From: an uncultured Nitrososphaerota archaeon
Lineage (GTDB): Archaea > Thermoproteota > Nitrososphaeria > Nitrososphaerales > Gagatemarchaeaceae
NCBI GenBank assembly: GCA_963703285.1
Contig: OY969807.1
Location: forward strand, 256,001-320,000
Length of the DNA stretch: 64,000 bases
Direction of reading: 5' to 3'
Below, in pieces: positions 1 to 10,284 of this stretch; the first letter of the stretch is position 1; each line of letters starts with the position of its first letter. A model generated the notes under the pieces. It ran no database searches, was not told the DNA's origin, and saw only the letters and a list, made by a program, of their open reading frames with translations. The translations under genes were made by a program, and so were the position numbers.

Positions 1-417
1 GACGTCTTCATCGGTGTCGTCTACTACCAGAAGCTCCACCACATGGTCGCCGACAAGATCCATGCGAGGGCGCGCGGGCAGGTCCAGATGCTCACCAAGC
101 AGCCCACCGAGGGAAGGGCTCGGGGCGGGGGCCTGAGGTTCGGGGAGATGGAGAGGGACTGCCTCATAGCCTACGGGGCGTCGATGGTGCTCAAGGACAG
201 GCTCCTCGACGAGGCGGACAAGACGGAGATCAACGTCTGCGAGAAGTGCGGCCTCATCGCCTACTACGACGCCAAGCAGAGGAAGTACGCCTGCAAGATA
301 GACGGTGACCAGGCGAAGATCTCCACGGTCGTCGTCGCCTACGCCTTCAAGCTCCTCCTCCAGGAGATGATGTCACTGAACATAGCCCCGCGGCTGAGGC
401 TGAAGGACGCGGTGTAG
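1..417 (+). CDS. rpoB: DNA-directed RNA polymerase subunit B, C-terminal part (5' end outside window)
   Basis: [22 protein letters not shown] and YAFKLLLQE motifs; directly upstream of rpoA. Confidence 0.98.
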   Translation, partial: DVFIGVVYYQKLHHMVADKIHARARGQVQMLTKQPTEGRARGGGLRFGEMERDCLIAYGASMVLKDRLLDEADKTEINVCEKCGLIAYYDAKQRKYACKIDGDQAKISTVVVAYAFKLLLQEMMSLNIAPRLRLKDAV

Positions 418-429
418 TGGTGATAGAAG

Positions 430-3400
430 ATGGCAATGAAAGAAGCGCTTAGGACGATCAAGAAGATCGACTTCGCCCTCCTCTCACCCACCGAGATCAG
501 GAAGTACTCCGTCGCAGAGATTACGCAGCCGGAGACCTACGACGAGGACGGCATGCCGGTCCAGGGGGGCCTGATGGACGGCCGCCTCGGGACGCTGGAA
601 CCGGGGCAGAAGTGCGCGACCTGTGGCAACACCGCGTCCCGCTGCCCGGGCCACTTCGGCCACATCGAGCTCGCCGAGCCGGTGCTCCACATGGCGTTCG
701 TCACCGACATCAACAAGCTCATCCAGGCCACGTGCAGGACCTGCGGAAGGCTCCTCCTCCCGACGCCCGAGCTCGAGGCCTACGCCCAGAGGATCAAGAA
801 CGCCACCGAGTTCACGCCCACGCTGGGGGAGGAGATAGCCAAGGAGATACTCACCAAGGCGAAGAAGGTGAAGCTCTGTCCGCACTGCGGGAAGCAGCAG
901 TACCAGATCGAGCTCACCAAGCCGACAATCTTCCACGAGATCACCGAGGAGGGGGGCGCCACGAGGCTGCTCCCGGGCGCGGTCCGAGAGAGGCTCGAGA
1001 GGATCACCAACGAGGACCTCGAACTGGTCGGGTACAACCCCAAGGTTGCCCGCCCCGAGTGGTTCGTCCTCCAGGTCCTCCCCGTCCCGCCCCTGACAGT
1101 GAGGCCCTCGATCACGCTCGAGTCGGGCATCCGCTCCGAGGACGACCTCACCCACAAGATCGTCGACATCCTCAGGGTAAACCAGAGGGTCCGCGAGGCG
1201 AAGGAGTCGGGCACGCCCCACCTCATCGTCCAGGACCTTGTGGACCTGCTCCACTACCACGTCACGACCTACTTCGACAACGAGGTCTCGGGCATTCCGC
1301 AGGCGCACCACCGCTCCGGCAGGCCGCTGAAGACGCTTAGCCAGAGGCTCAAGGGGAAGGAGGGGAGGTTCAGGGGTTCGCTCTCGGGCAAGAGGGTGGA
1401 CTTCTCGTCCCGCACCGTCATCAGCCCCGACCCGTCCCTCGACATCAGCGAGGTCGGCATCCCGTTCGAGGTCGCGAAGAAGCTCACGATACCCGAGAAG
1501 GTCTCCCAGTGGAACATCGAGTCGCTCAAGGCGCTCGTGGTCAAGGGACCCTTCGAGCACCCGGGGGCCAACTACGTCATCAGGCCCGACGGCGTTAAGA
1601 TCAGGCTGGACTTCGCCAGCGACAGGAAGGCCCTGGCCGACTCGATAGCACCCGGGTTCATCGTCGAACGCCACCTCATGGACGGCGACATCGTGCTCTT
1701 CAACAGACAGCCCTCGCTCCACCGCATGTCGGTGATGGCGCACACCGTCAAGGTCCTCCCGTTCAGGACGTTCAGGCTCCATCCCTCGGTCTGTCCGCCC
1801 TACAACGCGGACTTCGACGGCGACGAGATGAACCTGCACGTCCCCCAGAGCGAGGAATCGCGCTCCGAGGCGCTCATGCTCATGCGCGTCCAGGACCAGA
1901 TCCTCTCGCCGCGCTACGGGGGCCCGATAATCGGCGCGATAAGGGACTTCCTCACGGGCGCGTACCTCCTCACCAGGGACGAGACCTTCCTCACGCCAGA
2001 GCAGTTCACGAACCTCGCGCTCGCAGGCGACTACCAGGGCGAGCTCCCCGAGCCAAAGGTGAAGGGCGCCAACCCGATGTACACCGGCAAGCAGCTCTTC
2101 TCGCTCTTCCTCCCCAAGGACCTCAACTTCGTGCTGACGTCGAAGTGGGGCAAGGCGAAGACGGGGGAGGCCAACGACGTCGTGATCAAGGACGGCGAGC
2201 TCATCTCCGGGGTCATCGACAAGGCCGCCATAGGCGCGGAGGAGCCAGACAGCCTCCTCCACCGCATCGCCAAGGACTACGGCAACGACCAAGCGAGGCG
2301 CTTCCTAAACTCCATCCTCGCGGTCCTCAAGACCTACATCACGAGGCGCGGTTTCACCTACGGGTTCAACGAGCTGAGGCTCTCCCCGGAGGCGGTCCAG
2401 AAGATAGCCGACACGCTACAGGAGGCCTACGACAACGTCACAGAGCTCATCAAGAAGTACAAGGCCGGGACGCTACCCCTCACGAGGGGCCTCTCGCCCG
2501 AGGGCTCCCTCGAGTTCTACATCGTCAACGAGCTCTCAAAGTCCAGAGACAGGGCGGGCAGGATCGCAGACAAGTCATTCTCCACCGAGAACTCCGGCGT
2601 GATCATGGCCAGGACGGGCGCCAGGGGCTCGAGCCTCAACCTCGGGCAGATGACCGCCGCCCTCGGCCAGCAATCGGTCAGGGGCAAGAGGATAGAGAAG
2701 GGGATGCGGGGCAGGTCGCTCAGCCATTTCGCTCCCTACGACCTCTCCCCGGAGGCGAAGGGCTTCGTCAAGAGTAACTACAGGGACGGGCTCACGCCGA
2801 CGGAGTTCTTCTTCCACGCGATGGGCGGCAGGGAGGGGCTGGTCGACACGGCCGTCAGGACACAGCAGAGCGGCTACATGCAGAGACGCCTCGTCAACGC
2901 CATGGAGCACCTGAGGGTCGAGTACGACCTGACGGTCAGGGACCCCGGAGGAAACATAATCCAGTTCCTGTACGGCGAGGACGGCATCGACCCGGCGAAG
3001 AGCGACCACGGGCGCCCCGTGAACCTCGACAGGGTGATAAGCGCCGAAGGGCTCATGAACGCCTCTCGGGGCAAGTTCGGGGAGAAGGAGGCGGAGGGGC
3101 TGCTCAAGCGCTACCAGGGCAAGCTGAACAAGCGCCTCTTCGAGGAGCTCCAGCAGAGGCTCTCCGAGAGCCACCTAACAGAGGAGGGATCCAAGAACGT
3201 CCTCGACAAGGTCATGGAGTCGATCGACTACGCGACCGTCGAACCCGGGGAGGCGTCCGGTATCGTCGCGGCCCAATCCATCGGCGAGCCGGGGACGCAG
3301 ATGACCCTCAGGACGTTCCACTTCGCGGGCGTCAAGGAGCGGGACGTCACGCTGGGCCTCCCGAGGCTGATGGAGCTCGTCGACGCGAGGAAGATCCCAG

Positions 3401-4212
3401 CCAAGCCATCGATGGACGTCTATCTCACGGACGACTACAAGCGGTCCCGCGAGAAGGCTCTGAAGGTCGCGAACGACCTTCTGTTCACCAAGGTGGGGTC
3501 CGTCGTGGACTACAGCGAGGTCGACCCGACCGAGGGGATCAAGCTGCACGTCAACGAGGAGATGATGGCCGACCGCAACGTCAAGATCGAGGACGTCGCC
3601 GAGGTCATGGAGACGGGCAAGCGCAACGTCCAGCCAGACAAGAACGGGAAGATCATCCACGTCAACCTTGAGGGCGCCGACCTCTCGACTCTCTTCACGC
3701 TGCGCAACAAGCTGCTCAACATGAAGCTCAAGGGGATCCCCGGCATAAGCAGGGTGACGGTCGTCCAGGACAACGAAGAGTGGGTCATCCAGACGGCCGG
3801 CTCGAACCTTGCGAAGGTCATCCAGATACCCGGGGTCGACACGAACCGCATCTACACCAACAACATCCACGAGGTCGCCCAGGTCCTCGGGATCGAGGCT
3901 GCGAGGGCCACCCTCATCCGGGAGGTCATGGGGACGCTCGACGAGCAGGGGCTCGAGGTCGACGTGCGCCACATTTTCATCGTCGCAGACCTGATGACGT
4001 CCAAGGGCTACCTCCAGCAGATCGGGAGGCACGGCATCGCAGGGACGAAGACGTCGGTTCTGGCGAGGGCGGCCTTCGAGATCACGGTCCCGACGCTGGC
4101 GGAGGCGGCCATCCGGGGCGAGTCCGAGGAGCTGAAGGGCGTGACCGAGAACGTTATTGTAGGCCTCCCCATACCAGTCGGGACTGGGATTGTAGACCTC
4201 TACATGGGGTAA
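430..4212 (+). CDS. rpoA: DNA-directed RNA polymerase subunit A, fused A'/A'' (1260 aa)
   Basis: NADFDGD catalytic motif, N-terminal Zn sites, and A''-type AAQSIGEPGTQMTLRTFH in the same frame. Confidence 0.98.
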   Translation: MAMKEALRTIKKIDFALLSPTEIRKYSVAEITQPETYDEDGMPVQGGLMDGRLGTLEPGQKCATCGNTASRCPGHFGHIELAEPVLHMAFVTDINKLIQATCRTCGRLLLPTPELEAYAQRIKNATEFTPTLGEEIAKEILTKAKKVKLCPHCGKQQYQIELTKPTIFHEITEEGGATRLLPGAVRERLERITNEDLELVGYNPKVARPEWFVLQVLPVPPLTVRPSITLESGIRSEDDLTHKIVDILRVNQRVREAKESGTPHLIVQDLVDLLHYHVTTYFDNEVSGIPQAHHRSGRPLKTLSQRLKGKEGRFRGSLSGKRVDFSSRTVISPDPSLDISEVGIPFEVAKKLTIPEKVSQWNIESLKALVVKGPFEHPGANYVIRPDGVKIRLDFASDRKALADSIAPGFIVERHLMDGDIVLFNRQPSLHRMSVMAHTVKVLPFRTFRLHPSVCPPYNADFDGDEMNLHVPQSEESRSEALMLMRVQDQILSPRYGGPIIGAIRDFLTGAYLLTRDETFLTPEQFTNLALAGDYQGELPEPKVKGANPMYTGKQLFSLFLPKDLNFVLTSKWGKAKTGEANDVVIKDGELISGVIDKAAIGAEEPDSLLHRIAKDYGNDQARRFLNSILAVLKTYITRRGFTYGFNELRLSPEAVQKIADTLQEAYDNVTELIKKYKAGTLPLTRGLSPEGSLEFYIVNELSKSRDRAGRIADKSFSTENSGVIMARTGARGSSLNLGQMTAALGQQSVRGKRIEKGMRGRSLSHFAPYDLSPEAKGFVKSNYRDGLTPTEFFFHAMGGREGLVDTAVRTQQSGYMQRRLVNAMEHLRVEYDLTVRDPGGNIIQFLYGEDGIDPAKSDHGRPVNLDRVISAEGLMNASRGKFGEKEAEGLLKRYQGKLNKRLFEELQQRLSESHLTEEGSKNVLDKVMESIDYATVEPGEASGIVAAQSIGEPGTQMTLRTFHFAGVKERDVTLGLPRLMELVDARKIPAKPSMDVYLTDDYKRSREKALKVANDLLFTKVGSVVDYSEVDPTEGIKLHVNEEMMADRNVKIEDVAEVMETGKRNVQPDKNGKIIHVNLEGADLSTLFTLRNKLLNMKLKGIPGISRVTVVQDNEEWVIQTAGSNLAKVIQIPGVDTNRIYTNNIHEVAQVLGIEAARATLIREVMGTLDEQGLEVDVRHIFIVADLMTSKGYLQQIGRHGIAGTKTSVLARAAFEITVPTLAEAAIRGESEELKGVTENVIVGLPIPVGTGIVDLYMG

Positions 4213-4216
4213 TCGA

Positions 4217-4522
4217 ATGGTCGACCAGCAGATTCTCGGACGCGTCCTGAAAGACGCAATGAAGGGAGGGAAGTTCACCCTCGGCACCAGGGAGGTGATC
4301 TCCGAAGTCAAGAGCTCGAAGGTCGTCATAGCCGCGTCCTCGATGGCGGGGAAGGCCGGGGAGCCCCTCAAGGCGGAGGCGGAGAAGAACAAGGTGCCCG
4401 TCGTCATCCTCGACAAGAACTCGGCCCAGTTGGGCAGGCTCCTAGGAAGGCCCTACAAGGTCTCTGCCATAGCGCTGCGCCAGATCACCGAATCCGACCT
4501 GAGACAGCTCCAGGCGAAGTGA
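4217..4522 (+). CDS. rpl30e: 50S ribosomal protein L30e (L7Ae family)
   Basis: GKFTLGTREV...LGRLLGRPYKVSAIA; conserved position after rpoA. Confidence 0.9.
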   Translation: MVDQQILGRVLKDAMKGGKFTLGTREVISEVKSSKVVIAASSMAGKAGEPLKAEAEKNKVPVVILDKNSAQLGRLLGRPYKVSAIALRQITESDLRQLQAK

Positions 4523-4526
4523 GAGG

Positions 4527-4970
4527 ATGACGAACATCAAGCTCTCCTCTGACCAGCTCGGCCTTATCTCGATCTTCCAGAACATGAGCGGCGCTACCGT
4601 CAGGGACTGCATCGTCGACGACAAGGCGGGCCGCCTCATCTTCATCATCAGCAAGGGTCAGATGGGCCTCGCCATAGGCAAGAAGGGGGCCACCATAGAG
4701 AACATCGAGCGCGTCGTCAAGAAGCCCGTCGAGGTTGTGGAGTGGTCCGACGACCCGGCCGAGATGATAAGCAACGCCCTCGACCCGCGCTTCGTCTCCG
4801 AGGTCAGGATAACCGACAGGCTCGACGGAACCAAGGGCGCGTCGGTGGTCGTGGACCCGCGGAAGAAGGGCGCGGTCCTCGGAAGGGGCGGGAGGAACGC
4901 AGAGAAGGCCCGCCTGATCGCGAAGAAGTACTTCGACATCGCCAACCTCCAGATAATCACTTCGCAGTGA
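4527..4970 (+). CDS. nusA: Archaeal NusA (KH-domain transcription factor)
   Basis: Two KH GxxG motifs (AIGKKG, VLGRGG); synteny. Confidence 0.95.
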   Translation: MTNIKLSSDQLGLISIFQNMSGATVRDCIVDDKAGRLIFIISKGQMGLAIGKKGATIENIERVVKKPVEVVEWSDDPAEMISNALDPRFVSEVRITDRLDGTKGASVVVDPRKKGAVLGRGGRNAEKARLIAKKYFDIANLQIITSQ

Positions 4971-5071
4971 AGACGTCGGCCAGACTAGTAGATTCATCTC
5001 CTAGGCAGAAATGCTCCTCACGCATCGCAGTGCAGACGCAGTGGTTGAGGGTATCCAGAAATCCAACGGGT

Positions 5072-5548
5072 ATGAATTACGTGGTGCTCGGAATCGCGAT
5101 GGCCCTGGCCGCGGTCCTCGTGGCCGCGAGCGCTCTCGCCTATGGCGCGAGCCTGCCTTCCACGCGGATAGTCACCACGACGGTCTCGGCGCCCTCAACC
5201 AACTCATCCGGCGTCCGCGTCTACCAGGTGACCTTCAGGCAGGTGGGTGATTGCACGCCAGCTGTGTACACCGCACCTTGGTCTGTGGCAATGGGCGCGG
5301 AAACCGAGGCGGAGCCTGCGAACACCACGCTGCCGGTTCCAAGCTCTGGAATCTCCGGGAGCCCCAGTTTCGTCAACGAATCGGCAATCGTCTTCTCGGT
5401 CCCCAACGGTGTCTATAGTTACACCATAGCTCCTAAGTTCGGCTTCTCAAGCACCTCCGGGACAGTGACGGTCCAAGGAGATGACCTCACCATCTCGCTT
5501 TACCAGGAGTTCTCCTGCTCTTCGGTCTCGACCCCAGGCGCTCCCTGA
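5072..5548 (+). CDS. Secreted or membrane-anchored protein with thermopsin-C-terminal-like beta repeat
   Basis: N-terminal hydrophobic helix (MNYVVLGIAMALAAVLVAA); VTF..W.V..IVFSVPNGVYSYTI pattern; start moved to ATG 5072. Confidence 0.65.
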   Translation: MNYVVLGIAMALAAVLVAASALAYGASLPSTRIVTTTVSAPSTNSSGVRVYQVTFRQVGDCTPAVYTAPWSVAMGAETEAEPANTTLPVPSSGISGSPSFVNESAIVFSVPNGVYSYTIAPKFGFSSTSGTVTVQGDDLTISLYQEFSCSSVSTPGAP

Positions 5549-5571
5549 CGCGGGCGCTCCACCCGTCAAAC

Positions 5572-5580
5572 CTTTTATAG
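5572..5580 (+). promoter_or_regulatory. TATA box for rps12-rps7
   Basis: CTTTTATAG about 28 nt before ATG 5608. Confidence 0.6.
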
Positions 5581-5607
5581 ACAAAGGAGACGACGGGGTG
5601 AATCTAC

Positions 5608-6036
5608 ATGCCCGGCGGTGAATTCTCAGCCCGTCAGATGTCGCTTAACAGGCAGAGACTCCGCTGGAGCAACAAGTACTACAAGAGGAAGGTACTCCGG
5701 CTCGATGTCAAGGCCGATCCCCTCGAAGGAGCCCCTCAGGCTAGGGGAATCGTGCTCGAGAAGGTTGGCATCGAGTCAAAGCAGCCCAACTCGGCGATCC
5801 GGAAGTGCGTTCGCGTTCAGATTGTCAAGAACGGCAAGCAGGTCACAGCTTTCCTCCCCGGCGATGGCGCCCTGAACTTCGTCGACGAGCACGACGAGGT
5901 GATGCTGGAGGGCATTGGAGGCTCCATGAAGAGGGCCATGGGTGACATCCCGGGCGTCCGATGGCAGGTTTCCATGGTCAACGGTGTTTCGCTCAACGAA
6001 CTTGTCTACGGCAGGAAGGAGAAGCCGCGGAGATAG
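5608..6036 (+). CDS. rps12: 30S ribosomal protein S12 (uS12)
   Basis: [14 protein letters not shown] and GDIPGVRW motifs. Confidence 0.98.
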   Translation: MPGGEFSARQMSLNRQRLRWSNKYYKRKVLRLDVKADPLEGAPQARGIVLEKVGIESKQPNSAIRKCVRVQIVKNGKQVTAFLPGDGALNFVDEHDEVMLEGIGGSMKRAMGDIPGVRWQVSMVNGVSLNELVYGRKEKPRR

Positions 6037-6039
6037 GCA

Positions 6040-6651
6040 TTGGTGAGCCAGAAGCTCGAGTACCCGAACCTCCTGCTGTGGGGGAAGTGGGACTTCACCC
6101 AGGTCAAGGTGGAGGACATCGGCCTCACGAGCGTCATCGACCTCAGGCCGACCATGATCCCGCACTCCGGAGGCAGGCACGAGCACCAGAAGTTCTCAAA
6201 GTCCAAGGTGAACGTCGTCGAGAGGCTCGTCAACCAGATGATGCACTTCGGCAAGAAGAACGCAAAGAACACCGGACGAATGGGCGGCAAGAAGCAGAAG
6301 GCGCTCAACATCGTCAAGACGTCGTTCGAGATAATCCACCTCAAGACCGGCCAGAACCCGATTCAGGTTCTCGTCAATGCCCTGCAGAAGTCGGCCCCGA
6401 ACGAGGACACCACGAGGATGAGCTACGGAGGGGTCGTCTACCACATCTCTGTCGACATATCGCCCACGCGGAGGATGGACATCGCCCTCAGGTTCATCTC
6501 GGAGGGCGTCAGGGAGGCGGCGTTCGGGAACCTGAAGTCGGTCGAAGAGGTGCTGGCCGACGAGCTGATCCTCGCTTCTACGGGCGACTCGAACAGCCAC
6601 GCCGTGAAGAAGAAGAACGAGCAAGAACGGATTGCGATGGCCTCTAGGTAG
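6040..6651 (+). CDS. rps7: 30S ribosomal protein S7 (uS7)
   Basis: PHSGGRHEH, NPIQVLVNA, ERIAMASR. Confidence 0.98.
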   Translation: MVSQKLEYPNLLLWGKWDFTQVKVEDIGLTSVIDLRPTMIPHSGGRHEHQKFSKSKVNVVERLVNQMMHFGKKNAKNTGRMGGKKQKALNIVKTSFEIIHLKTGQNPIQVLVNALQKSAPNEDTTRMSYGGVVYHISVDISPTRRMDIALRFISEGVREAAFGNLKSVEEVLADELILASTGDSNSHAVKKKNEQERIAMASR

Positions 6652-7366
6652 TGGCCTGACCCTTCGTCGCGTCGTCGCTCTTCATAGCAAGTCCCTTCAG
6701 CTCCGGCTCCAGCTCTGGCGGCGCGGCTATCTTCTCCGACGGTGAGGAGAGGAAGTCTCGGATGAGCTTCAGTATCACGTCCTTCCTGTACCTCTCGAGC
6801 TTGTGGGCCGCGGTGAAGTCATACTGCGGGTCCTTGGCGACGGCGCCAAGCACCTCCAGCCTCGAGGTTCCGATCGAGTCCCTGAGGAGGTAACCCCCCT
6901 TGATCTGCGCGACGAGGTCGTCTTCGGCCCATATGATCAGCGTGGGTCTCTTCATGGCTCCGAGCCGTCCGAGCTGTGGCTTGTCGTAGGTGCTCGAGAT
7001 CAGGACCAGGGCCTCCACGGCCGCCGGCCAGTTGATCGCGAGCTCGAGGGCGACCTGACCTCCCCAGGAGGTCCCCACGAGTACGGCCTTCTGTATGCCC
7101 AGCCTCTCCATCATCTCGTGAAGCACGCTGGCCTGGACCCTGTAGTCGGGCGTCTCGGCCGGAATCGTCGACCTCCCGAACCCCACGAGATCGGGCATCA
7201 CCAAGGAGTACTCCTTGGAGAGCTCGAGCAGTGGCTCCCACACCCTCCAGTCCTCCCTCTTGTCCGACCCGTGGATCATTACCATCGCTGGGCCGGTCCC
7301 CTCCGTGGCGTAGTTGACCACGAACTCTCCTAGCTCGACCGTCTTGACGGTCGCGGAAGCGCTCAT
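6644..7366 (-). CDS. Alpha/beta hydrolase
   Basis: IHG oxyanion motif, PDLVGFGRS, GTSWGG nucleophile elbow. Confidence 0.9.
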   Translation of the reverse strand: MSASATVKTVELGEFVVNYATEGTGPAMVMIHGSDKREDWRVWEPLLELSKEYSLVMPDLVGFGRSTIPAETPDYRVQASVLHEMMERLGIQKAVLVGTSWGGQVALELAINWPAAVEALVLISSTYDKPQLGRLGAMKRPTLIIWAEDDLVAQIKGGYLLRDSIGTSRLEVLGAVAKDPQYDFTAAHKLERYRKDVILKLIRDFLSSPSEKIAAPPELEPELKGLAMKSDDATKGQATT

Positions 7367-7478
7367 CGTTCTCTCCGCCCCGCGGCCCCGAGGTGGTTTT
7401 ATCTGCTTCGGCCATTGAAAACGGCCGAAAACCGCGTTTTCACAAGCGTTATTTAGGGGTCAGGAGGCTCCATGCCCA

Positions 7479-7646
7479 ATGGAAGCCGACCCCACTGCCG
7501 TCTTCGGAGGGCTGCTGAAGGCGTGCATCAAGGACGATTGGACCAAGGAGTCGATGCTGGCAGCGACAGCCATTTCCTTCGTTCTGGGGATCGGGGCGAG
7601 CATGGTCACCGCCTACGTCCTGACGGCGGCGCACGCGTTCATCTGA
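7479..7646 (+). CDS. Small membrane protein, 55 aa (not in ORF track)
   Basis: MEADPTAVFGGLLKACIKDDWTKESMLAATAISFVLGIGASMVTAYVLTAAHAFI; TTATTTA box about 25 nt upstream. Confidence 0.55.
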   Translation: MEADPTAVFGGLLKACIKDDWTKESMLAATAISFVLGIGASMVTAYVLTAAHAFI

Positions 7647-7740
7647 CCGGCGTCTATAAAATTCGACTTGTCTGTAAAGAGTTTCCACTCTTATCGCATT
7701 TACGAGTTCTGAATCCTATCATGCTTCGGTAATCCACAAA

Positions 7741-7947
7741 ATGGGTCGAAAAGCAGTTCTGTTCGGGTTCTGGCTACTCGGGTACTTCCTAGGCTTCTTC
7801 GCCTGGCTCGTGCGAGCGCCGGTCATCAACATGGTTCAGAACCTCGGTGTGAGCGCGGACGTCGCGGGCGCCCTGATCACCGGGTTGGCTGGGTCCATAG
7901 TGATGCTGGTAGGGGTAATCCTCTGGAGCTACCTCTCGAACGCGTAG
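7741..7947 (+). CDS. Small two-helix membrane protein (68 aa)
   Basis: Two hydrophobic segments; host-like codon usage. Confidence 0.7.
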   Translation: MGRKAVLFGFWLLGYFLGFFAWLVRAPVINMVQNLGVSADVAGALITGLAGSIVMLVGVILWSYLSNA

Positions 7948-7965
7948 AGCCTAAAACCCTCGCGG

Positions 7966-8715
7966 CTAGGCAGGAAGATTCGAGCTATCGCCAACTTTTG
8001 TTTCAGACGGTAGCTCCGCCCGCTTTTCATTCTTCAACATGTTGAGCTTCTTGTTCAGGATGATCGTCAGGGCGATGAGCGCTACGAACGGCACCCAGGT
8101 TATCAACAGGTAGGCCGCACCGAGCTCTATCTCCACAGATTCGAATGTCGCGGCCACTGCGAGCATCACCACCACTATGGCGAGGTTTATCACAAACTGC
8201 CATCCCTCGATGGTCCAGTTCACGGGATTCCCGCCGCTGGAGAAGGCCCACCTCCAGATCGCGTAGAGCAGGTAGAGTCCCTCGCCGGTCGCGACGGCGT
8301 AGGCCGGGAGTTCGATGTAGCTGTGGGGGAACAGCAGCAGGAGGAGGAAGACGACCAGGAAAGGGGGGTCGTGGTACGATATGGCGTAGACCTCGAGGAT
8401 CCTTGCCGTCGAGTAGAGGGAGAACGCGAAGAGGGCGGCGCCTAGACCGGGTACCATCTCGAAGAGGGCTATCCTGAAGTTGTTGGAGAAGATTCCCCAG
8501 AACAAGACCAGCAGGCCCGCTCCCGCGAACTCGTTGGTAATCTGGTTCCCCTGGCTAGTGTAGAGCGCCTGTTCGCCTGGGAAGAAGGGAAGGCTCGAGA
8601 CGACGAAGAAGATGACGACCTCGGCTCCGAAGAGGATGACGTAGAGCATCAGGCCCCTCGTAGCATACGCGGCGAGCCCCTTTCTCAGCCCTACGCTAGG
8701 CCGCTCGTTATCCAT
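7966..8715 (-). CDS. SpoIIM/DUF95-family membrane protein
   Basis: IFSNNFRIA, PHSYIELPAY and AATFES motifs. Confidence 0.85.
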   Translation of the reverse strand: MDNERPSVGLRKGLAAYATRGLMLYVILFGAEVVIFFVVSSLPFFPGEQALYTSQGNQITNEFAGAGLLVLFWGIFSNNFRIALFEMVPGLGAALFAFSLYSTARILEVYAISYHDPPFLVVFLLLLLFPHSYIELPAYAVATGEGLYLLYAIWRWAFSSGGNPVNWTIEGWQFVINLAIVVVMLAVAATFESVEIELGAAYLLITWVPFVALIALTIILNKKLNMLKNEKRAELPSETKVGDSSNLPA

Positions 8716-8988
8716 CTTGTCCAATCGCGGGGTACCATTGCACCAAGAGAAAAAGCTCCCTACAATCCAACTGGCGAATCGCAATCGAGACTTCGTCAGC
8801 TGCCGTATAACAATTTAGCCATCGGCTCTTCTGAATGAATTGGACGGTAATAAGCAAGAAGGTTCCGCAAGTTATTTATGTAAAGTCTGACGGGCTATAC
8901 GAGTGGGCCGAGTTCGTGGAAGTCCCAAAGGGTACACGCGGCCATATTGAGGTACATGCCCCGGTATGGACAAGGGGAGGTGTCTAGG

Positions 8989-10146
8989 ATGAGCCTTGAG
9001 ACTCGGCCGAGTGAACACATACCCAAGGAGGACTTCGCCTCGATGGTACGAGAGATTGCGGTGGTCGGCCCTCGAGTCCCCGAAATTGCCCGTAGACTAG
9101 GCAGACACAAGGAGACGGTGAGGTACTGGTACAAGAAGCTGGAGGATCACAACTTCGCAATTCAAGGCATCACAAACAACCAGGCATTCGGGCTCAGGAG
9201 AATTCTGCTGCAGGTGACGATCGGAGAGGACTACGAGGACTACGTGAAGCCCCTCATGTTCGCCATGAATGAACTCTGTTACGTGACCAGCTATGCAAAA
9301 GCGCTCGCGGAGGATTACTACAGCGTAAACTGTGCCGTGCCGGAAGGGCTCCTGTCGGAGTACTTCTCGTTCGTCGAGGACTTAAAGGAGATGGGACTCT
9401 TCAAGAGTCTTGAGTTCTACGACCTAGGATGGAGCCGTAACATCCCCATGCGAGGAGAATTCTACGACTTCGCAACGGGTAAATGGGAGTTCGACCTGAA
9501 GTCTCTGACAGAACGAGAGTCGGCCTTCCAACCACCAGAACAGTACGATGAGGTCAAGTTCGACAAGATAGACCTTCTCATCGTGAAGGAGCTCTACATG
9601 GACGCTACCCGTGAGCTGCGGGAAATTCAGAGGTCTATAAGCCAGAACGATGGCGTCGATATCAACTACAAGACCCTCTGCTGGCACCTGAAGGAGCACG
9701 TTCTGGGCAGAAAGATGATAAAGGGTTTCAGGATCAACTGGATGGGAACGCGGTGGGACGCTGTGACGGACAGGCCCGAGCAGAAGTCGCACAGCTACAT
9801 CGGTGTTCATTTCATGGTCAAGAACCCGACTGAGGAGGAGAGGTTGGAGCTGATGAAGAAGTTCGACCGCCTGCCGGTCGTCTGGATGGAAGGGGCTGGG
9901 CTCGATTACTTCGCGGAACTTGCAGTCCCTACCGAGATGATGATTGACTTCATGGAGTTCCTTACGAAGACCATGGCGCCGGTTCGCGACAGGGCCACTT
10001 TCCACATAATGGACCAGCGCAACGCAGTGGGATTCTTCATCTCGTATAAGCTCTATGACGAGGAGACGATGTCATGGAGGTTCAACAGGGAGGAGTTGTT
10101 AGTGAAGTTCAAGGCGTTGGAAGCACAGGTCAGGCAGAGCTCCTAA
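8989..10146 (+). CDS. Tandem Lrp/AsnC-like wHTH transcriptional regulator
   Basis: HTH1 PEIARRLGRHKETVRYWY; HTH2 FDKIDLLIVKELYMDATRELREI; each followed by a putative RAM-like domain. Confidence 0.8.
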   Translation: MSLETRPSEHIPKEDFASMVREIAVVGPRVPEIARRLGRHKETVRYWYKKLEDHNFAIQGITNNQAFGLRRILLQVTIGEDYEDYVKPLMFAMNELCYVTSYAKALAEDYYSVNCAVPEGLLSEYFSFVEDLKEMGLFKSLEFYDLGWSRNIPMRGEFYDFATGKWEFDLKSLTERESAFQPPEQYDEVKFDKIDLLIVKELYMDATRELREIQRSISQNDGVDINYKTLCWHLKEHVLGRKMIKGFRINWMGTRWDAVTDRPEQKSHSYIGVHFMVKNPTEEERLELMKKFDRLPVVWMEGAGLDYFAELAVPTEMMIDFMEFLTKTMAPVRDRATFHIMDQRNAVGFFISYKLYDEETMSWRFNREELLVKFKALEAQVRQSS

Positions 10147-10275
10147 AGATTTCAGAACTTTGCGAATTCGAGCGCCGTCCGCGTTGGCGTGCACGTTGCC
10201 CTAGAAACGCACCTAGGCTAACACTGGGCATGCGGAGCAGGGGCACGCGAAATTATTGCGTCCGAGGTTGGGAGG

Positions 10276-10281
10276 AAAAAA
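10276..10281 (-). terminator. Oligo-T terminator of the peptide gene
   Basis: TAG GGA TTTTTT directly after the stop on the minus strand. Confidence 0.55.
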
Positions 10282-10284
10282 TCC

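Noticed and set aside
484-4416. Long minus-strand ORFs (602, 199 and 413 aa) opposite rpoA
   Set aside because: Antisense shadows typical of high-GC coding DNA; no motifs
4742-5071. N-terminal extension of the 268-aa ORF overlapping nusA
   Set aside because: Out-of-frame overlap with nusA; the signal-peptide start at ATG 5072 is more plausible
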